Assembly (NCBI GenBank): GCA_016191145.1
Contig: JACPPD010000007.1
Coordinates: forward strand, 16,021 to 80,020
Length of the DNA: 64,000 nt
Direction of reading: 5' to 3'
Origin: Ignavibacteria bacterium
Lineage (GTDB): Bacteria > Bacteroidota > Ignavibacteria > Kapaibacteriales > Kapaibacteriaceae
The notes under the pieces are model-generated. The model did no database searches. It was given only the letters and a program-made list of their open reading frames with translations, and had not been told where the DNA came from. This document shows positions 60,260 to 64,000 of the stretch, one piece after another; the first letter of the stretch is position 1; each line of letters opens with the position of its first letter. Made by a program: the position numbers and the translations under genes.

Positions 60260-63118
60260 ATGTGTATGGGCAAGAAATACCGACTATTGTTTGTAATTCC
60301 CTGTGTTGTGTTGTTCGTTGTATTAACGAGCACATCTCTGTTGGCGCGCTGGCCGCAAGTTGCGGAAACATCTGTTATCCATGATGGTCCGGTTCCAATG
60401 GTGGCTGGTTTTATCAATGTTCGATTTACAAGTGCCAACACTCTTGTTGCCGCGCAAGCGGTTTTGCCAGATGGGTACATCGTAGAATCCTGTTTTCTTG
60501 ATTCAACGCATGCATTAAATGGTGATGGCAAGGGGCAGGTATTACAAAGTTCAGTAAGCAAAGATCTGCAGTGGGCTGTTAACCGTCTTTCCCGGACCTT
60601 CATTGTTCGCTACACAGCCCCCTTACATCCATTAAGTGCAGCAAGCCAACTTTTAAAAGTTGATGGCATAGAGATCGCCGAGCCATGGTATGCTGCAGAA
60701 ATGCACGCCACGCCAAACGATCCGTTGTGGCCAGCTCAGGTTGGCGTACGGCGGATGAAGTTCGACGCTGCATGGGACATCACACAGGGAAATCCGAATG
60801 TCGTGATAGCGATAAGTGACAATGGAGTTACACAGGATCACGAAGACATAAAACCATCGCTATGGACAAATGTCAATGAGGTGCCTGGTAACATGTTGGA
60901 CGATGACGGGAATGGTTATGTAGATGATTACACAGGCGTCAATTTTTCGTGGTCTGTTGATGGTACTTCGCCCGGATCGACCACAAATCATTCTAACGGT
61001 GGACACGGAACAAAGGTTGCCGGCCTTGCTGGAGCTGCAACAAATAATGGATTGGGGATTGCGGGCAGTTCGAACGGGAGCCGATTGTTTCCTATGAAGA
61101 CTGCTTCAGCCAACGGCGGGAATATTGTTTATGGATACCAGTCGCTCATCTATGCGGCCGACATGGGTTTTAAGGTTGCGAATTGCTCTTGGGGTATCGT
61201 GAAGCCTCCGTCGCCTATCGATCAAAGTGTTATTGATTATTGCCTTGCCAAGAATTTAGTTGTTGTTGCTTCTGCAGGTAATCAGGGGTCGGCGCCGAAC
61301 AGCAGTGGTTGGACGGATCTGAATTTTCCTGCGGCTTACGACGGCGTTATTGGTGTCGGTGAAGTTTCAGCAACCGATATTCTTGCATCGTCGTCTGGTC
61401 TTGGTAAGAATGCAGTTGTTATGGCATCTTCGACCGATGCTATTACAACTGGATCTGGCGGCAACTACACTTCGGACGGAATTGTAGGCACATCCTTTTC
61501 CGCGCCGATGGCATCGGGAGCAATCGCGCTAATCAGGACGAGATACCCTCAGTTGTCTCCACGTCAGGTAGCCGCGTTACTTCGCCGCACAGCCGATGAT
61601 ATTACCCAGGAAAATCCATCTGTAGCACACATCATATCCGGGCGGCTAAATGCGTACAGGGCAGTGACCACAGACCCAACAACCCTGCCAGCTCTTCGCA
61701 TACAGAATGTACAGCGAACATTTACCAACGGGAAAGCAGCCGACAGATTTGCAGAGGGCGACACGTTGGATTTTACGTATACAATTGTTAACGATCTTGC
61801 ATTAATAAATAATGTTAACTGTGAGCTTAAGATTGCAGATGCCAGCGGATGGGACGTTACTATTTTGCAGAACACACGGTCAATTGCATCCATTGATCAA
61901 GGGCAGACTCAAAGTGTTGGAACGTTTCGTGTCCGGGTAAATACATTCAGCCCCTTACCATGCATTTTCCGGTTAACGTACACAGCCGTGAATTATAGTG
62001 ATTCGTCGCTTGACTATTTGATGCAGCCGTCGGGTATGGCAACGATGGAAAACAATCAGTTAGTGTATTCTGTGGGTGACGACGGGACGTTTGGGTATAA
62101 TAACAGCCTTGTTACACGCCAGGGAGTCGGCTTTGGATGGAAGAAGGGCTACAACCTAATATCTCCGAGTGGATTTTTGTTTTGCGAGAATAAAACGAGA
62201 GTTCTTAAAGGATTTGATAATATTAACAACCGATCTGAGTTTAGTCCTCAAAAACCATACACGGAACCGCAGCGAAACAGGTCGGTGATGACGGATTCGA
62301 CAGCAGCTTTCTCACGTCAGGTTGGCATTCGCGTAGAACAAACCAACACATTCCCTTCCAGCAATTCTCAGTCGACTGTTCTTTCGATAACGATTGAGAA
62401 TCGTTCCGGGTTGAATCTCACCGACATTGCTGCCGGTGATTTCTTTGATTGGGATATTGGGAGCGGTGGGCAAGAAAACATAACGCGCCTGGCATCGGAT
62501 GCCATTCCGGAAACTTTTCGCTACATCGGAGATGCTCAGGCATTTCAGCGCAACAATGTAGCTGCTGTAATTGTGTGCGCTGCAGTATCCGACGAGATTG
62601 ATATTCAGGCTCAGGTTTCGGGCTTCTTACTAGCCGACAAGGTTGGGGCTGGCATCACCGACACTGAAGTGATAGAACTTCTCAATTCGGGTACAGCTAT
62701 CCAAACCACTGCCACAGGAGATGTCTCGGGTGTAATTGGCATGAAGTTCCGTGGCACTCTGCTGCCGGGTGAACGACGCAGCTTCAGGATTATCATCGGT
62801 GTTGCATCAACATACGACGAGGCAACTGAGATTGTCAGAAATGCGATTCTAACCACCTCCGTTGTTGAGCAGGGTGGCAATGCGAATGTTCAGGCCTTTC
62901 CCATCCCAGCCAGCGATGTTCTTACAGTTCGCCATAGGCAGGGTGTGAAGTCTATTGAATTGTTCGATTTTTCCGGCCGACGTAATGCAAACCTGGAAGT
63001 GCTGCCTGATGCTTCAGAATCGTACATCGATGTAAGCAACCTGTACCCGGGCGTGTATCAATGCAGAATAGGCGAGGGCAGTTCGTACACAGTAATTCCC
63101 ATCATTGTTATTCATTGA
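60260..63118 (+). CDS. S8 subtilase with a T9SS CTD
   Basis: Catalytic triad ISDNG / HGTKVAG / GTSFSAP and the DDDGNGYVDD insert. CTD AFPIPASD...PGVYQC. Confidence 0.92.
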   Translation: MCMGKKYRLLFVIPCVVLFVVLTSTSLLARWPQVAETSVIHDGPVPMVAGFINVRFTSANTLVAAQAVLPDGYIVESCFLDSTHALNGDGKGQVLQSSVSKDLQWAVNRLSRTFIVRYTAPLHPLSAASQLLKVDGIEIAEPWYAAEMHATPNDPLWPAQVGVRRMKFDAAWDITQGNPNVVIAISDNGVTQDHEDIKPSLWTNVNEVPGNMLDDDGNGYVDDYTGVNFSWSVDGTSPGSTTNHSNGGHGTKVAGLAGAATNNGLGIAGSSNGSRLFPMKTASANGGNIVYGYQSLIYAADMGFKVANCSWGIVKPPSPIDQSVIDYCLAKNLVVVASAGNQGSAPNSSGWTDLNFPAAYDGVIGVGEVSATDILASSSGLGKNAVVMASSTDAITTGSGGNYTSDGIVGTSFSAPMASGAIALIRTRYPQLSPRQVAALLRRTADDITQENPSVAHIISGRLNAYRAVTTDPTTLPALRIQNVQRTFTNGKAADRFAEGDTLDFTYTIVNDLALINNVNCELKIADASGWDVTILQNTRSIASIDQGQTQSVGTFRVRVNTFSPLPCIFRLTYTAVNYSDSSLDYLMQPSGMATMENNQLVYSVGDDGTFGYNNSLVTRQGVGFGWKKGYNLISPSGFLFCENKTRVLKGFDNINNRSEFSPQKPYTEPQRNRSVMTDSTAAFSRQVGIRVEQTNTFPSSNSQSTVLSITIENRSGLNLTDIAAGDFFDWDIGSGGQENITRLASDAIPETFRYIGDAQAFQRNNVAAVIVCAAVSDEIDIQAQVSGFLLADKVGAGITDTEVIELLNSGTAIQTTATGDVSGVIGMKFRGTLLPGERRSFRIIIGVASTYDEATEIVRNAILTTSVVEQGGNANVQAFPIPASDVLTVRHRQGVKSIELFDFSGRRNANLEVLPDASESYIDVSNLYPGVYQCRIGEGSSYTVIPIIVIH

Positions 63119-63120
63119 CG

Positions 63121-63999
63121 ATGATCCGTTGTATCGTTTCCATCATTGTGCTCATCATGCTGGGCGATGTTATTGCCAACGCTCAACCCGTAGTGTTGCA
63201 GCCAGAACAGGGTGTTCGCATCGATCCTGTTATTGCGGGAAGATTGAAGATTCGGTTCCAACGTGATGTGGATGTCCTGGATTATCCCCAAATACTAAAT
63301 ACATTTAATCTTCGCATATTATATCCGATTTTGCCATTTGACCTTTCGCTCTCGGCGAGGGGCAATCTGACGCTGATTCCAACAAAGAACTATAATGAAG
63401 CCTTGCGAATTGAAGAGGAGTTACTTAGGACATTCGTTGTTGAGTATGCTGACGTGAGTGTAAGCCCGGAGAAGTATGCCAGTCTGCTCAAGGGAGGATG
63501 CAGTGCATTCGAAGTCATCGAAACAGTTGTTGTGTCTCAAATACTTGCCAAACCGAACGACCCGCAGGTTGATGTTCAGAAAATGCTGAACACCATTCAG
63601 GTGCTTGACGCATGGGATGTTGAAGACGGCGACGAAACAGTGCTAATAGGAATCAGCGACAGCGGGATTTTTCAGGACCACGAAGATCTTAGAGACGCCA
63701 TTTATGTGAATACAGGCGAAATACCCGATAATAACATTGATGATGATAATAATGGTTACGTAGATGATTATCGTGGCTACAACTTTGCGACACCGGATGA
63801 TGGAACGCCCCGAGGGAACACATTTAACTCGGTGGAAGGACATGGTACTGGCGTATCCGGTATCTGTGGTGCAAGCGTCAACAACGGTGTTGGAGTTGCA
63901 GGTGTTGCCAACCGAAGCAAGCTGGTGCCAATGAAAACAATGCCGGAAAATATTGGAGGTATCGTTTACGGTTACGAGTCACTGATATATTCCGCACTC
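63121..63999 (+). CDS. Second tandem S8 subtilase (partial, runs off the right edge; not in the ORF track)
   Basis: Manual translation from ATG 63121 gives MIRCIVSIIVLIML...PNDP...IGISDSG...DDDNNGYVDD...HGTGVSG...PMKT...IVYGYESLIY. Confidence 0.9.
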   Translation, partial: MIRCIVSIIVLIMLGDVIANAQPVVLQPEQGVRIDPVIAGRLKIRFQRDVDVLDYPQILNTFNLRILYPILPFDLSLSARGNLTLIPTKNYNEALRIEEELLRTFVVEYADVSVSPEKYASLLKGGCSAFEVIETVVVSQILAKPNDPQVDVQKMLNTIQVLDAWDVEDGDETVLIGISDSGIFQDHEDLRDAIYVNTGEIPDNNIDDDNNGYVDDYRGYNFATPDDGTPRGNTFNSVEGHGTGVSGICGASVNNGVGVAGVANRSKLVPMKTMPENIGGIVYGYESLIYSAL

Positions 64000-64000
64000 A

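Noticed and set aside
67-63843. Numerous 60-230 aa ORFs antisense to or overlapping recognised genes (e.g. 35019..35699, 21006..21560, 17699..18229, 67..369)
   Set aside because: These are shadow ORFs of well-supported genes and carry no recognisable motifs.

Overview
A 64-kb bacterial chromosomal segment from an FCB-group organism, most likely Ignavibacteria/Ca. Kapabacteria-like. This is inferred from TAnnTTTG Bacteroidetes-type promoters, several T9SS-CTD cargo proteins and a Bacteroidetes-type DHS-like gene. Most of the window is core housekeeping: tig (partial), tRNA-Leu, hpnE, nrdJ, purF, yebC, prfB with a +1 frameshift, acpS, purK, lptF/G, polyprenyl synthase, tatC, dnaA, dapB, upp and dnaX. 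Envelope and secreted-protein genes are interspersed. The highlights are: (1) an uncharacterised 4-gene operon at 6.8-13.5 kb encoding a GldM-like single-pass protein with an intramembrane Glu, two paralogous outer-membrane beta-barrels and a vWA-OmpA protein, a candidate novel trans-envelope machine; (2) TatD fused in frame, through a signal-peptide-like segment, to an outer-membrane beta-barrel; (3) a small AT-rich accessory island at 25.6-30.1 kb containing two IS66-derived direct repeats, an IS3 fragment and a 12-bp tandem repeat, next to a 5'-truncated yggS; (4) an orphan T9SS-CTD gene remnant. No CRISPR array, rRNA, prophage or intact transposase was seen. All annotations come from reading motifs by eye; no database searches were run.
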